Of a DNA stretch of 64,000 bases, positions 13,601 through 27,347 are shown piece after piece. This DNA comes from Stylophora pistillata (lineage: Eukaryota), in contig NW_019218103.1 of NCBI RefSeq assembly GCF_002571385.2, positions 305,492 to 369,491 on the forward strand, written 5' to 3'. The position numbers and the translations under genes were made by a program. The first letter of the stretch is position 1; every line of letters starts with the position of its first letter. Below the pieces are notes generated by a model. That model was given only the letters and a program-made list of their open reading frames with translations. It had not been told where the DNA came from and ran no database searches.

Positions 13601-16600
13601 GGCAAATGCATCAGAAGTCACTGGAAGTGTGACAGACAAGATGACTGTGGTGATAACTCTGATGAGGATTCTTGTACTGATGGCTCAGGACGGGGTACAT
13701 CTACATTTACTATCATTCAATATTAAAAGAATAAATTACAAAAAAACACAATCTGTAGAAAAAACAATATCAAAGTTTGTGGTGGCCCTGACCCTTATCC
13801 TTGCAAGCACTCATACTAAGTGAATTGAACTTAAAACTCTGTGTGGTCGTTTAATTGCTTTTTGGTTAATAACACAATATCCACTTACTGCAATTTTCAG
13901 TCATGCAATGAGTGATATTCTTTACTTAATAAGTCTATTTATCCTGAAAAAAAGGGGGAAAAATATATATTATCACAAAGGGGGGAGATATGCTTTTTAA
14001 GTACAATGGCAAACGCATAATTTAAAAGTAAATAATGAGTACTTTAAAATGGAGAATAAAGAATTTTGTGAATCGTAAGCATATAAAAACCATATAAAAT
14101 AATGAATCTCTTGTCAGTTCAAATGCAAAGCTAATGAGAAGTATTGACCTAACTGTCCAAGCACTGAAAGTATTAAACCAATTATAAGCATGATTTGATG
14201 GTTTAGGTATTAAAGAGTGTAATTAATACTTAATCTTATATTCTAGTTAATGGAAGAGCCATTTTGTTGCAAGTATAGGATATTATCAAAAAACACAAGT
14301 TCTTTAGGTAACAATGTGTATCATAGACCCCATCTGATGGGTAACCAATGAGTCTAGTACACCTCTTGGACTGAGCAAGGCCTGGAAACTGGTTCATTTT
14401 ACACACGTACCCTACATCAATGTTGTTTATATATGGATAATGTGAGGATGGGAAGTCCTATTAAAATATTAACTGTTAATGCTATCTCTATCCCTGCCTT
14501 TTGTTGTTGTTGTTGTTTTTTTATTGTAGTTTTAGTCAAACTCTTTTTTCTTCTCAAGTTCTCTTCTAAAGCATAATGCATTTGCTAAAATGTTATGATT
14601 TTCACTTTTCAGCACAACCAAGTTGTGGAAGTGGTGAATTTACATGCAACAATAGCCAATGTGTGCCTTGGTCATGGGTTTGTGATGATGATGATGACTG
14701 TGGTGACAACTCTGATGAAGAACCTCGCCACTGTTGTAAGAAATAGTTTGTTAACCCCTTAAACTTGAAATATGTAATTTCTTTGTCACAAGCGTGGATC
14801 AAAGATAATATCTTAACTCCCCATGCATCTTTATATTTTAATAGTGCTCCCAGTGGCCATCTGTGTTCCTTGTGGACTTCCTAATTTTACCTAGTAATGA
14901 GCATCAAAGGGTGAATTCCAAAGGTCTGGGGCTCAAATCCTTGTTTAGGACTAAAAAAAAAAACTCATAGCTATATATTTAACTAGTGATTAAAACACAG
15001 TTTAATTTTTTTTCTCTTAGCGGCCAAAACCTGCAGTGCTAGCCAGTTTACTTGTACTAATAAGCAATGTATTCCACTGCGATGGAAATGTGATGGTGAT
15101 TCTGACTGCAGTGATGGTTTTGATGAAAGTGGATGTCCCACTAGGGCACCTCCATTTTGTTCAGAAAAAATGTTTCGCTGCGATGATGGAACCTGCATCC
15201 GCGGTCATTGGAAATGTGATGGAGAAAATGATTGTGTTGATGGATCAGATGAGAAAGGATGTGGCAAGTATCTGAAATAGCACTGCATTCATAAATGAGA
15301 AAATATATTACTTTATTTTAGTTTATTATGATTAAGTGAGAATCATCAATCATTAGTTAGAATGACTGCATTGGAGACTTAAAGATAGATAAAATTGTTA
15401 ATTTGTGTATGTTTTGTTGTTTTAGCTTCTGCTGTTAACTGTACTATGGATCAGTTTTCTTGCAATGATGGAAGTAAATGCATTCCAAAAACTAAAAAGT
15501 GTGATGGAGTAGAGGACTGTCAGGATGGGTCTGATGAAAGTTCCAGTTTCTGTGGTTAGTTGTAGATTTGTTTCTGCCATGGATTTGTGATGTGTAGCTT
15601 GAATGACTAGTGTGAGTAAAACTGTTTTATAAATGGGGTTCATTTCATGTATACTGGGAGCAAGTACCTTTTTTTCATTGTTGCATAACTAGGTGTTGTT
15701 CACTATTTTAAAAAAGAGAGTTTCTAATTCACCTCCCAAGGTGTTCTGATTATACTCGGCAGAAGTGTTATTTTTAAAGGTAGCATAGAATGGAGATTAT
15801 AGATTATAAGACATCTTTATTATAAATAAGATAATCAAAATACTCCATACTCCATAGTTCTCTCTTTTTCCTTTTCCTTTTTCTTTTTTTATTTTCTGAA
15901 TTAATTTTTTGCTCTTACAATGTAAAATCAATAGTTACACCCTTCATGACAATAGTGAACAATCTGGGTTACCAAATAAATAAATGATGGAGTGAATGCT
16001 TTTTTGTCAACTAGTGGCTAACTGTACTGCTGATCAATTCAAGTGTGGAAGCACACCAAAGTGTATTGAAAAATCGAAACTCTGTGATCGAAATAGAGAT
16101 TGTCCTGGCGGAGAGGATGAGCAGCAAAACTGTGGTATGTTTCATGTACTGGTCATGCTGGGTATTGGAAGTAGGAACTTTTTTCATTTAATAGATTGTC
16201 CCAATGAGCTCTTTTTCTGACTAGAGATAAAGTTAATGTTTTAATTTAAAATTTTTGTTTTGTCTCTTTTTTTAGATATCAATGAATGCATGGATCACAA
16301 TGGTCACTGTCAACAAATATGTAATGATCTGAGCATTGGCTTTGAATGCTCCTGTCTTTCGGGCTATATACTTGCGGAAAACAAGAAAAGTTGTGATGGT
16401 ACATTTTATTGAAATTTTTCATTTGATTTGTTAAAAGCCTTTCGACAGGTCATAGTCAGAAAACATGTTAAAGTTTCTATCTCCAGAAATAGTTTTACTC
16501 ATTTTATTACCTTAGTTTTTACTACCACTTAAGAAATGCCACTTAACTCCAAACCATTAAAGTTAGACATTAAACATTAATTAAAGGCAGGAATTTCACC

Positions 16601-19600
16601 AAATGGTACATTCAGGAAATAATACAGTCAGACTGAGTCAAGTAAACTATGACAAACTACCATACCTTGTATTTAGAGAGTGATATCATTTGTGAGGTAG
16701 AAATATCATATCTTCAGTTTTCTGGTTCAACCAATTGTTACAATTTTAAGTGAGTTTTGTACTTCTTTTTGCCATGACTGGTTGGATGTCAACAGAATCA
16801 ATTGAGTGAGGTTAATATTTCTTCATCTTTCAGATGTTGATGAATGGAAAGTGTTTGGAAAGTGCAGTCAAGATTGTCAGAACACCAAGGGAAGCTACAA
16901 ATGTTCATGTAAACCAGGTTATCAATTGGAGCCTGACAAGAAGACATGTAGAGCAAAAGGTAATTTTTTACCTCTTGTGAATTTTCTAGATGTCAGTAGA
17001 TGTTACCTCTGGTGAACTCTAAAATACTGAGTACAAGACTTACCGAAGTATTTATGGGTTTCAGATATGTTTATATTAAGTTTCCTTGTTGTTGCATTTT
17101 TTGGGGTAGTAAGAAAGAACTAATACATAAAAGCCTTTTGGAATTTTAAATGGTTGAATCGTATTTTGATCTGTTCCTGCATACAGGCAATACACCATAC
17201 CTGTTGTATTCAACACAATTTGGTATTCACAAGATGCCTTTGGATAGAACCTCCAATGCTCAAACTGTAGTTGTGAAAAATCAGAAAGGAGTGGTAGCCA
17301 TTGACTATGACTACTATAACAACTACGTGTACTGGACAGATGTCAGAGATGAGAGGATTTGTCGTGCTCAAATTCCCACCCATGGAGGAGATGCAGGTAT
17401 TGGTAGTGATGAGATTGTCTAGTACCTCTCAGAGTGTCGTATTAACACTCTGATAACAACATTACAGATTAAGTCTTTTATTAAAGATACTCCAATTACT
17501 TGATGTGCAACAGAACAATAAACTCTTAAGTCAAAACATTCAAATTAGGTAACTGAACAAGTATTTAAGAGCCATCTGTCTCTCTTTACATTGTAAACTA
17601 TCATTTTTCTTGGTTCCACAAGTTGCACCTCATTTCTATTCCACCATAAAATAACTTGTTATGTTAATTCTTTTATACTGATATATTTCTTTTATTTCAG
17701 CTGATTGTGAGGTTTTGGTGTCAAATACTCACACTCCTGATGGAATTGCTATTGACTGGGTTGGCAAAAAAATGTACTGGACTGACGGGCACTACAACAG
17801 AATTGAGGTGGCAGAACTTAATGGTTCTCATAGATTGACCCTTTTCGACTCTGGACTAGATGAACCAAGAGCCATTGTTGTGGACCCTCTTTCAAGGTTT
17901 GTTGATTATTTCTTTTAAGTTTTAAATATGTTTCATCATTAGATCTAATGGTGTAAAGTGCTGGATCAAGTATATTGAGACTCTGAACTACTTTACTTTG
18001 TGTATGGGGGCCACTAAGCTTAGCGTTACCAGCCAGTCCTGCTTGAGCTGGCCCTTTAAAAGGAGACCATTAAAGGATTTTAGTAGTTTAAAAGTCTCCT
18101 GAATGGAAGGTTTTGGTCAAGTTATTTTCTAAATGATTTATTACAAAGGATGTAAAATATTATTCCTTCAAACATTTTGTTTAAAGACAGTGCATGGATC
18201 CAGGAAAGTTTAGAGTGAGTGCATGGATCTCGTTAGTTAATTAAGAATAGTAAAGAAAATAAAGTTTCAGGAAAGTCCTTCAAGTTCTGCAAACCTCAAT
18301 ATCACACACCTAGAAAGGGATCAACAGGCAGGAGTAATTTAATTTGCATTTTATCAAAGTAAGTTCTGAAACACCAGTAGCCACAAACTTGAGCTTATTA
18401 GTCAACCAGTAAGGAGTGCTTGTTGCAGTGAGTGAGCTCCCTGTTTATTTTCTGTTAATTTGTAGACATCTATACTGGACTGACTGGGGAGACAACCCAA
18501 AGATTGAAAAGGCAGCTATGGATGGAGACCCAAAAACAAGACAAGTCATTATCTCTGAAGGGTTAGCTTGGCCTAATGGACTCGCAATTGATTACACCTT
18601 AAAAAGAATCTTTTGGGCTGATGCAAGGTAATACACAATTAAGGCATAAGATCAGTGAGTTATATATGTAGAAATATCTATGTTTTAGGATCAGCAATGC
18701 TTGCTGCGAATTGTCTAAATGCAATTAGTATCTGCCTTCTTCAATTTAGGCAGTTCGATCATTGGTTTGACACTGTGGTCACCAATTGAAGGATGCCTAA
18801 ACATATTTTGGATAAGATGTCAGGATTTCAGAGTGATTTTGGCACAACTTCTAAACTGCAGAAAATATATGTCCAAGCTTTTATCTGTTTTGTAACAGGC
18901 CAGAGACAAAAAAAAACTACTTCCATATAAGGAAACAATTTTGATTTGCAAGCAATTTTATTTTCAGACTGAAGAAGATAGAATCCAGTAGGTATGATGG
19001 CTCTGACCGCCGTCTCATTGCCAGCGTCATACCACATCATCCATTTGGGTTGGGCGTGTTTGAGAACCAGTTGTACTATACAGATTGGTACAAGTTTAAC
19101 AAGGGAATCAGAAAGCTAAACAAATTCACTGGATCTGATAAGCAAAAGATCAAACCCACACTGTGGTCCCACATGGATATCAATGTGTATCATCCTCTCC
19201 GTCAGCCTAATGGTAATGGTGTGAATATTATTACTTGATATATAATCTTCTCATAAGGGGAAGCAGGGATTAACTCTCATTGAAACTAAACGGGTATGCT
19301 CAAGGCTGTGCTCTGAGAAAAATTGAAGGGAGCCCAGTGCTCTGAAACTGGGAAATCCAGGGTGCCCAGCATATGCTTTTATAAGAAAAAAGCAGGTTCC
19401 TGAGTTGCCTAAGAGCAAAAGTAAGGTGCCAGGGGCCACCGGGTGCTACTAGGCCACAGCCCTGGGTATGCTGGCCAGAAAATTCAAATCCAAAAGGAGA
19501 AGGATTAAGGAACTGGCCAATATGGACTTAAAATACGAAGGAAAGTGAAAATTAATTGTTGAGTTGTCTTAATAGCCTAAGCTGGCTAAATAGCTCTGGT

Positions 19601-21771
19601 TTCTTTGCTTTCCTTTTTCATTGTGTGCAGAATCAGCTTCTGTTCATGACATCAAAAGATGATGGTCTGCACAAATAATTGAGCTTCTCCTTCTTATTCA
19701 TATGGAAGTTACCCCCACAGGAAAATGATTTTTTTGTCTGAAGTATTCTTTTGAATAGGACTTTTTCCTTCAGCCCTTTCTGTCCTATGCTCTCTGAGTT
19801 TTTGTTGTGAGATCTGAATCCATATCAATGTGCTGGTTTCCATGACAGTTATTTGACAACAAAAGCATTCCAGTTTGGAAGGTATTAGTATAGTTGAATA
19901 AAATATTATTGAAAATTATTATGAGTAGAGTAAAATGCAGACTAATGTGGGAAAAATTGGGCACACCTTCTACAGGAACATGACCTTTTGGTTGTATGTT
20001 TCCATGTGCACTCATTTCACATTGGGTGATCATGGGCTAGCTTATATAGAGATTAATAATGGATGGTGATTTTGTGGTGTTTATTCAGTTACCAATCCCT
20101 GTGAGGTTGAGAATGGTGGATGCAGTCACCTGTGCCTGTTGGCAGCAGTTCATTTAAAAACTCATACATGCCGATGTCCTGATGGAATGAATATCTCTGC
20201 TAATGGCAGAAACTGCACTGGAAAGGAAACTCCATGGCATCCAACCCCTACAACCCCCACTTCTACACGTGAACCAACGAAAACCACTGCCCAAGTTGCT
20301 AAAACCACACAAAAAGCAATTTCAGCTAAAACCACACAAAAAGCAATTTCAGCTAAAACCACACAAAAAGCAATTTCAGCTAAAACCACACAAAAAGCAA
20401 TTTCAGCTAAAACTACACAAAAAGCTCCTTCAGCTAGTACCAGATCTGTTACAAGAAAAGTGCCCTCTGAGTCACCATTGCCTGAACCCACAAAGAAAAT
20501 AATGAAACCATCAACAAGATCAAATATAGCAGTGTCAAAACCCCCAAAGTCCCCTTTGACCAGTGCTGCAGATACATCCAGCACCCCAACTTTGTCTCCT
20601 ACAAAGAGTTCTACAGCCACCCCAGGGGGACCAGTTGTGGCTTTCCAGAGAAAAGGTAAGGGTTCTTTATCAGAAACGTAAACTCTCGTGTCTTGTTTGA
20701 TTCAATTTCTAGCAAATCATGGCATTGTTTGTGTAAACAGAATGTTCCAACAGAGGACATGATGAATATGCTAACACAGTCTTCAAAATCCACATGAGGA
20801 AATGTTGAGAATATTGAAATAATCTGCAGTAAAATTGCATTCCTATAAATGTCTTTTTAATGTTGCAGTTAAGTAGAAAAGCCAACCAAGTTCATTCCCC
20901 ATAACCATCCCTTGTCACCACCCCTCCTCTGGTCCACCAGGTTTAGTTTCATTTAATTCACTTGAGGAAGGGAGGTATTTAAAGTTTAAAGCAATTTATA
21001 CCTCATCTCTTAATAAAAATTGATAATCACACCTTTGTTTAGATGCAAGTATCAGAACGGCACACCCCTTAAACCATTTGTCTAGTTCTCTTCAATTTCT
21101 GCGGCTCACACATTGTGATACAGTCAAAACTGCAATTCATGCTAACTCAGCCCAGATTTTGCATTTGGTGTATTTCTGCTTAAATGAAATACCCAGGTTA
21201 GCAAGCACCACTATTAAGCAGCAGCAAGTGTCAATCTTGAAGCACTCTCAGTGTGATCAGTGGGATGTGGCTGACAGTTCACAAACCTGAGTAACCCTTA
21301 ACTCAAATAACCAACATGGAACTAAATATCCTGACAATCTAGAAAATAAAGTGATGACTTAAAGCACACCTATTGGCTATATCACCAAATTCTTGTAATA
21401 AGAAATTTGAGACATTTATGAGAGAGAGAGTACTACTAAATGGTTAATTCAAGACCCTGACTGCTCGTTTATATCTATATATGAGCATAGGCAATGAATT
21501 TTTAACGTAATTTTAATTTTCAGACGATACAGAAGAAGCTCTCTCTGGTGGTGTCATAGCTGGTATAAGCATTGTTATGGTCTTAGTAATCATCCTTGGT
21601 ATTGTTGCCATCTGGTACGTGAGGAGTCGTTCTAATTACAACCGTGGAAAAAGCATTAGCTACTACAAAGACATGTCCTCCAAGCCTCTGGAAGAAGATT
21701 TTGATGACGATGATGAGAGATGTAAGGTGTTTGATGACAGGGGATCGCGTGAAAGGGTTGAATTTGCCTGA
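10635..21771 (+). CDS. VLDLR/LDLR-family lipoprotein receptor, 16 coding exons, 983 aa (exon 2 of this copy carries a TAG)
   Basis: Exons: 10635-10704 (signal peptide [23 protein letters not shown]), 12409-12543, 12800-12916, 13557-13694, 14613-14735, 15021-15263 (two LDLa), 15426-15554, 16015-16134 (8 LDLa in total, CxDxSDE motifs), 16276-16398 and 16834-16959 (EGF-A/B), 17187-17396, 17701-17896, 18466-18627, 18968-19212 (YWTD propeller), 20089-20655 (EGF-C plus Thr/Ser stalk), 21524-21771 (TM plus tail). Phases are compatible and lengths sum to 2952 nt. The domain order matches vertebrate VLDLR. Confidence 0.9.
13420..13515. repeat. Compound (TAG)n/(TAT)n microsatellite
   Basis: Read directly; lies in receptor intron 3. 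Confidence 0.9.
20298..20432 (+). repeat. Coding minisatellite, 5 x 27 bp (AKTTQKAIS), in the receptor stalk
   Basis: GCTAAAACCACACAAAAAGCAATTTCA, four perfect units and one variant. Confidence 0.97.
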
Positions 21772-24700
21772 AGTTTGTAAAATGTACTATTTATATCTTC
21801 TACTGCTTAGTATTTGTTGAATGCAAAGGTACAGTATGTGAGATCAGTTTTTTAGTCACTTAATGTTAACATCCTTTTGGTGTGTGTGCGAGTCTCTGAC
21901 GTGTCTTTTATAAACCCTTCCCAATATCCTTGATGGCTCGTTACCATTTAACACTGCGCTGTTATACTGGGTTTGTCATCAGTGCAGTACACACAGTTAG
22001 CCTGTGCACAGCCGCCCCTTCCCTCCCCTGAAAAATGGCTCGTGCACGATATCCTTCCTTATGACATAAGTAATTGATAGTTCGTCTAAAGGACTTATTT
22101 TGAAAATAGATCAAAGGTCTAGTATGTTTCTTTTAGTCCATATTACTATATTTTCCTACCGAGATTGTAGTATATTTAAAGATAAAGAAAGATTCGTAAA
22201 GAGTTAATATTTCTTTAATCAGCAAAATATGGTGGCGAAGAGGTAGATTGAGAAACACGAGTATTTATTTCAACATATTTTGATCATCATGTGGTGATCA
22301 ATATTTATATAAATGCTGTTAACATTAACCTACAACTTAACATGTGTTTTCAACCACCGTTCAACAAAAGTTAATAATAAGTCATTAAAAATAATTGCGA
22401 CTAATAAACCTTAAGTCTTCGTAGCCTTAGATAAATAGAAATAGGTCGGAACTAGCCTGGTTTATCAGGTGCCACGAAAAAAAAGAAAAAGAGAACCAAA
22501 AATACCTGACGTGTTTGCCATAAGCCGCAGTTACTGGCTTTAGGCATCCAAGAGATCATCAAGTTGTTGACTATTTACTGAAATTTGAAATATTTTAAAA
22601 TACGAATTACAATCAGTACTAACCAACCCTCGTTTGGAAAAAAAAAAGTTAAAGTTAAGGAGAAAGAAAGAATAATGTATGCTATAGATAGTGAAAGGTT
22701 CTGCAGTCACTGCTCCATAGCTAGTTAGCTATCAACAGTTCCAATTTCAAATGGCTTTAATTTATCGAATTCAGATAGGTAGTGGCGGGAACCCCACTTT
22801 TGTAGCTTGACGTCCTGATTCTGGTCCACACAAAAAAGAAAAACAAGCGAAAAACTAAACAGAAGGAGAGATAATTGTAAGGAAAGTTCATCGGATTGAA
22901 ATGTGGACTAGTTATCCACAGCTTTATAAACTGCGGGCACCGGGTGAAAGCCTGATATCATAAGGGCTGCGAAATTACTCGTTTCCCATTGGTCGCATGA
23001 AAAATGCTCGGTACTTTGCTCTATCTTGCATTTATGGCTTGACTAACCGAGCATTCTGCTTATCAGGGGTCCAATAAATTCCTATAAATAATGTAAATAC
23101 TTGGATGCAATGATGTACAACAATACATGTAGAGCTTAAAAGTAAATATATTTAATACAGTAGAACTGGTAATTGTTGTGTTATCAAGTTAAGTAAATTC
23201 AAGATAAATCTTTCTTTGACGTTGTATACATCTTCCTATGGCAGAGTTCTTATTTTATTCCCTAATAACTGTTTCAAAACAAAAATGGTTAATTAGTTTG
23301 ATAGCTTTTGTAACAGGAAGTCGGGCTGGTCCCTCTCCCTGTCTTATTTTTGCTACTAATGAATAATTTTGTTGAATATTGTCCATGACACGGCGTTTTG
23401 CGAAGTGGTTTTTTTTCGCCAATCTGTAAAGAATGAAAAACACTCTTCAGTGAAATGAAACCTAATTTAGTCCAAATGCTGGATGCTACAAATCCAATTT
23501 TTGAGGCGGAACCAGATACTAAAAGTAAATTTTGCTTATGAAAAGTACTTATGTAAGAAAAAAATTAAAGGTGTTAAAATTTGAAAATATATAAAAGGCT
23601 TATGTAGAAAAACAATTATCCTTCCTAGCTGGCCGTTTGAGGACGTTAAACCGTCAGAGGAGCAGCGAAAACGAACGGCACTGAGAACCTCGAAGGGTTC
23701 TACCAACTCCTGGCGCAGTTTTGCAGCTCTTTTCTAGCTCCAAGAACTTCCTCGAGACAGCCAGTTAGGTCTTAAGCAAAAATAAACCATTAGGCTGTGA
23801 TATTTTATGCAGAATGGTTGTAAGGGAAGAGCTCGGTAAGAAGATGTATTCATAGCAGTCACTTTCGTTTAAGTTATTTATCTGTAGATGTTATTGTTAC
23901 TATTGTTAATGGTTTTTAAGGTTTGGATCTCAAGTGAAAAACCTACCGCGATAGAGAATCCTGTTATTTACTGGAAGAAATACTTAACGCGATGTCTGTA
24001 AAAATGTGAGAAACTCGCCCAAACAGTACAAAAAGAACATTGCAAGACATTGTAATGTATTAATTACATTTTCATGTTTGTGATCGACAAATTGGGTTAT
24101 GACACAATTTCATATTGAAAATAACAAGTATTTCAGTGTTGTAATTTCGTATTACCCGTGTATCATTTTTAGGAGTAATACACTTTATTAATCACGAGAT
24201 ATAAATAGTTTGAAATCGAATAGCAACGGTATTAAGTATCATTATCTCTTTGTATTTAAAATGACTTTAATAGTACAAGCCTGATCACAGGAATATGAAA
24301 TCGTTCCAAGTTTACAAGTTATAAATAATCGGCTTTGTATATAAGCATAAATAAAGTAAACCTGTGTGAAACTTGAGTCTTGCTGTTCGTGGCTCAATCT
24401 CTTAGGACGGACCCTTGTCTATTTCTCCTGAGGCCAGTATTGTAGGTTTTCGGGCTTTTAAGGATAAGGATGTACTAGGTAACGGTATGGGCATAAGTAT
24501 GGGAATAAGTGGAACAAAGACGTTAGGCTTCCTATACTACAGCAAACACTTCGTACCGTTCTCGCGGGTGTTCCACCGCCTCTAAACTACCCCACGGTTT
24601 TGAGGTCTGGCCAAGGCCAGAATGTTAATGTGTGCCAGATAGAAAATTTTAGGGACAGTACTTAGGAATTAAAATGAAAGTAACGATTAGTCTACCAATA

Positions 24701-25453
24701 ATTATATATCTCATTTCTTATATTACAAGTTAACGGCACGATTAAATCATTAGGGGAAGAAAAAAGGACAAAACTTTGGGGTTAAACTAATCCAGATCAG
24801 GTCAAATGGTAAAAGGGTTGAAAGCACCCCAGTCCCGACAGATCACTTGCAGCAGAGCGCCAAGAAGTAAATGAACACTATCCGTGAAAATAGCCATTAG
24901 GAGGAGAACTCTACAAAGAAAACCTTAGCGGGAGTGATTAAAAGTTTACCACACGAGTTTTAAATTGGCAAAATGTGAAAACCAACAGGGGTAGGGCGCG
25001 TAATATGGTTCAAAATTAATAAAAAGCAAATTCACTTTACTGCTTTGTTTCTTGGGAAGAATTTAAAAGTCGAAGAATTTGAATATCGACAAAATCGAAG
25101 AATCTGCCGTTAGAGTAAACAAAGTACATCGCAAGAAGCAAAGAAATTTAAAGACGTTTGCATTTATTCATTTTGAAGAACAAGCCTTCATTAAGTCGAT
25201 AAAACAATAAGATGCATTAGTCGTCCAATAGATTGGACCTCAGTGTTCAATGAGATGTGCGTGGCCCCCGAGTCAAAAGCTTTAATTTATGTGACGATAG
25301 AGCTTTTGGGTGCCTGTTTCGAGATTAACGTCAGCTTTCAACTTTTCCTCTCTGACAAAGCAAAAACAATTTCGTTTTACTTACACAATTCCGACCCAAA
25401 AACATTTTACCATAACATTATCGTTCTGTAGAAGGGCTTCACTGTTTATATTA

Positions 25454-26312
25454 GAGAGATTTAGCAAGAGGACGGGAACGTCAGTTGACAATGGCACGCG
25501 CAGCAAAAATACCGGTAAGAAACTGGGTCGAGAACGTCGCCCCGTTGTGTTTCAGAAGTGATTTAGCAGTCGCTGCAACCACAGGCAGCCCAAGCTCTCT
25601 TTGAGAACCACACAAGGAACACAATTTGCATATCGATTTATAAGGATTTGTATGGGATTTTCTACAAGATAGCCATAGAGATAGTTAAAAGTGAAAATAT
25701 TAAACAAAAATGGCTAACCTTATTTCATACGTGTGTTGCTTGCTCCTGGTGTCGTTATTTTACCGATTTCACTTGATTTAAGCGGAAATCGGTAAAATAA
25801 CGACACCAGGAGCAAGCAATACACGTATGGAATAAGGTAAGCCATTTTTATTTAATATTTTCACTTTTAACTATCTCTATGGCTATCTTGTAGAAAATCC
25901 CATACAAATCCTTATAAATCGATATGCAAATTGTGTTCCTTGTGTGGTTCTCAAAGAGAGCTTGGGCTGCCTGTGGTAAAAGTTATGTTTTAGTCCAGAC
26001 CCGGTAAACTTTGCAAAACGCATTTGCTCTTCGTAGTCACTTTTAGAGACAGCTGATCTTCCGAGCTTTATTAAAATGCATTTGTTTAAGTCCTTTCTCC
26101 TCAGTTTGGGTTAAATTAGTGTAAAGCAGGGTTTTTTTATATAGGAAACAANNNNCGTTCTGATCGCGACGGGAAAACCAGCAAAGTGACGTCCTAAACT
26201 TGTTTGGGAGAACGGCAACGCTAACACCGGAAGTCGAATGGTGTCGTGTCCAGACTATTCCGCGCGCTCTCCCGTTCTGAAATGACGTTCCCGTCCTCTT
26301 GCTAAATCTCTC
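25454..26312. mobile_element. MITE with ~30-bp TIRs and TTA/TAA flanks (PIF/Harbinger-like)
   Basis: GAGAGATTTAGCAAGAGGACGGGAACGTCA at 25454 and its exact reverse complement ending at 26312. Confidence 0.75.
25578..25977. repeat. 400-bp near-perfect palindrome nested in the MITE
   Basis: Arms of about 193 bp (ACCACAGGCAGCCCAAGCTCTC ... GAGAGCTTGGGCTGCCTGTGGT) with few mismatches around a ~14-nt centre at about 25771-25784. Confidence 0.95.
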
Positions 26313-26573
26313 TAATATTGTTCACGTACGAACGTCACGTACTTCATTAAGTCAGTTGCTTACGTGCTCTGACTTGTCAACGGGTTTTGAAATCTGTGAC
26401 AATTGTAATGCATACGATATAGCAATTTGCATGAGGAAAGAAAACCACTGTTTTGTTTGAATGATAACGCAGCGAATCTACGCTTTGAACTATATAGAAC
26501 CTGAGCCAAATGCAGTTGACGAGTTACAGTGGCAATGTCGATGTTCCGACAGTTACAGTAGCAATGTTGACGT

Positions 26574-26623
26574 TCACGCGACATGCCGCCAACAAGTTAA
26601 GTTGTTGGTGGCATGTCGCGTGA
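26574..26623. repeat. 50-bp hairpin
   Basis: TCACGCGACATGCCGCCAACAA-GTTAAG-TTGTTGGTGGCATGTCGCGTGA; one mismatch, which would be a G-U pair in RNA. Confidence 0.9.
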
Positions 26624-27347
26624 CTTCCACACTCAGTTAAATTTAATTTCTTAAAGCTCAAAAATCATGAAAAACATATTGCACCAAACGTATCCAATGA
26701 AATTATTAAGGGCTGCTGATTTGCAAAAACTGAGTTTGTTCTAGTCTCGTTCGAAATTTTCAGCTTTAGAATAAGGAAAACAAAATTGTTGCCATTTGTT
26801 TTTTCGTGCAAAGTCGTTCAAGTTGGCAGCCAATCAGGACCGAGATTTTAGGGGCAAGAGTAATTTTATCTAGAACAATAACACCGAGCGTCACGTGACT
26901 GACCGAGCGTTCAGATTGCACGGGTAGGGTAGGGGAGACTATCAAAACGAAGGGAGGGGTGTCTCAGGCGAGTCTTGGCAAATGCACATCTTTTATGTTA
27001 TCATTAATTAATATTACGAACTTGGGAGCTCCGCTTTTGAGCTTGGCTAAATCTATATATTAGAACTAATCATAAAGCCTAGGAGAAAAATTTGACGTTG
27101 TCTGCCACAAATAACGAGGAGAGGAATCTCACTGGGGCTTTTTTCATTACGAAAAAAGAAGCTATACTTACAAAATATACAGCATCCCATGATCATCAAA
27201 AGCATTTGGTCAAGGTTCCCGTTCAACTGTTTGACACCGGCTTTAAGTTTCTCAAATTGTGTGTCGACCATTTCAAATATTAATTTAATTTTCCTTCCAC
27301 AGAAAACGATAATATAGCACTAGAGCGCTTTCGGCCTTATAATTAAT

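Noticed and set aside
20162-20620. 152-aa minus-strand ORF with AEIAFCVVL repeats
   Set aside because: Antisense shadow of the coding minisatellite.
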